Assembly (NCBI GenBank): GCA_030390025.1
Contig: CM059432.1
Span: 97,156,001-97,220,000, forward strand
DNA: 64,000 nt
Source of the DNA: Squalus acanthias
Lineage: Eukaryota
Direction of reading: 5' to 3'
The translations under genes and the position numbers were made by a program. The notes under the pieces are model-generated. The model was not told the DNA's origin, ran no database searches, and saw nothing but the letters and a program-made list of their open reading frames with translations. Shown piece by piece: positions 62,750 to 64,000 of this stretch (positions are counted from its first letter, which is position 1; each line of letters opens with the position of its first letter).

Positions 62750-64000
62750 ATGGCGACCGCGGCAGGACACTGGCAGCGAGAGGGCAGTGTGTTAGACTTT
62801 GGTGTGAATGTACGAAATGTTATGCAGGAAAAGATAGCAGATTATGTGTTCAGAAAGGTAAATCTAACTAAGAAATGGATAAGTGACCTGTTAGCGGATA
62901 AGAGTCCACTAGAGGCAGCCGAGAGGTGGACAGATAGTAAGGAACATAAAATGACAGTCGAGAAAGCAGTCTGGTTAATGTGTTACAAAAGGCAGGTCCA
63001 GATTTCAAACCAGGTCATTACAGCGCAAACAGCTCGGATCAGGCATTTAGAGGAGGAAATGGATGAGAAAGTCTCTGGAGGGGAGTTGCTCATCAGGAAT
63101 TTAAGTGCGCTGCACCGAGAACGCCAGGAAATCACCAGTCACCACAAAGCAAAAATAGATTACCTCGAGTGTCAGGTCACTGAGGCAAAGTTAAGTGAGG
63201 GCAGACTAAAGGAACGATGTGCCCGCCAAGCTGCCCAAATAAGAGCCCAGGAAGAGAGCTTAACGGGGGTTAGGGCGGCATATAAGATGGCCCTTGAGGA
63301 TAAATTTCAGGGGGCCGATCATAGCGCCTGCCAAAAGGAGATAGAGCACCTTAAAAGGGCCGTGAACAAAGCGCACGGCATGGTGTGCCTTATCAGTCCG
63401 TCAGCACACCAGCCGCTAGTAGATGAGGAGTTTCAGAAATTCCCACCAAGTAAAGCAAAGGAAGTATTAGCCACTATGCCCTCCGCGCCACCCAGCTATT
63501 CGGAAACCTGGGTAAGGGAGGAAGTAGTAGAAGAAATGAAAGAGCCCACTGAGGGAGAAGTGGAAAAGGGACCGTTGTGTCCAGTTACGGGTATAAAAAG
63601 GGGCCCAAACGGGAACGGTGGGGAACCAGGGGATCTCCTCAACCAGCTTGTGTTGCCTCACAGCTCACACCAGCTGAGAGTTATGATAAATCACGTACGG
63701 AAGCTAACCGAGTCAGACGACCCTTCCGTACATTTCAGAGAAGTTGAGCAAACCGCAGCCATTAACGGCTGCGATGATGGGGAAACAGCAAAAATGCTAT
63801 TATTTTCGTTAGGCAGTTCAATCCTTCAGTGTCTCTCGGACGAGAGCAAGAGGGGAACCAAGACATATGAGGCATTAAAAAATGAGGTCCTAGAAGTGTT
63901 GGGGATGGACGATGAAGGTCCGTTTGCTAGAGTGGGACAGACAGTGCAGATGGAGGGAGCACCCCCGAAGGTTTTTGCCGACAGGCTGTGGCCAGTATAT
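62750..64000 (+). CDS. gag: Gag-like polyprotein, 417 codons with no stop, running off the window
   Basis: Hand translation MATAAGHWQREGSVLDFG...; coiled-coil-like region, DHSACQKEIEHLK, PSAPPSY and a capsid-like region (DDPSVHFREVE..KMLLFSL..YEALKNEV..FADRLWPVY); sits directly at the PBS. Confidence 0.88.
   Translation, partial: MATAAGHWQREGSVLDFGVNVRNVMQEKIADYVFRKVNLTKKWISDLLADKSPLEAAERWTDSKEHKMTVEKAVWLMCYKRQVQISNQVITAQTARIRHLEEEMDEKVSGGELLIRNLSALHRERQEITSHHKAKIDYLECQVTEAKLSEGRLKERCARQAAQIRAQEESLTGVRAAYKMALEDKFQGADHSACQKEIEHLKRAVNKAHGMVCLISPSAHQPLVDEEFQKFPPSKAKEVLATMPSAPPSYSETWVREEVVEEMKEPTEGEVEKGPLCPVTGIKRGPNGNGGEPGDLLNQLVLPHSSHQLRVMINHVRKLTESDDPSVHFREVEQTAAINGCDDGETAKMLLFSLGSSILQCLSDESKRGTKTYEALKNEVLEVLGMDDEGPFARVGQTVQMEGAPPKVFADRLWPVY
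62751..62768 (+). promoter_or_regulatory. Primer-binding site complementary to tRNA-Arg(UCG) 3' end
   Basis: TGGCGACCGCGGCAGGAC is the reverse complement of GUCCUGCCGCGGUCG-CCA, a vertebrate tRNA-Arg(UCG) end as I recall it. Confidence 0.88.

Overview
A repeat-saturated stretch of vertebrate genomic DNA, intronic or intergenic. A cartilaginous fish is inferred from HE1-type V-SINE and SacSINE1/Deu-type SINE sequences plus abundant CR1 and Neptune/Penelope elements. I found no host protein-coding exon I can support. Contents: (1) CR1 LINEs, one near full length with an esterase ORF1 and a 76-bp 5' monomer array. (2) L2 remnants and SINEs. (3) Many PIF/Harbinger DNA transposons: one near-intact two-gene element, two decayed ones, deletion derivatives and many MITEs. 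(4) Penelope-like elements carrying minimal hammerhead-ribozyme motifs. (5) A very homogeneous 36-bp satellite of about 67 copies. (6) At the right edge, a young-looking LTR retroelement that the ORF track misses. It has a candidate ~1.7-kb LTR, an 18-nt tRNA-Arg PBS overlapping the gag ATG, and an uninterrupted 417-codon Gag-like ORF with an overlapping PSAP/PPxY budding motif. Family names come from my recognition of motifs, not from database searches, and boundaries of decayed elements are approximate.
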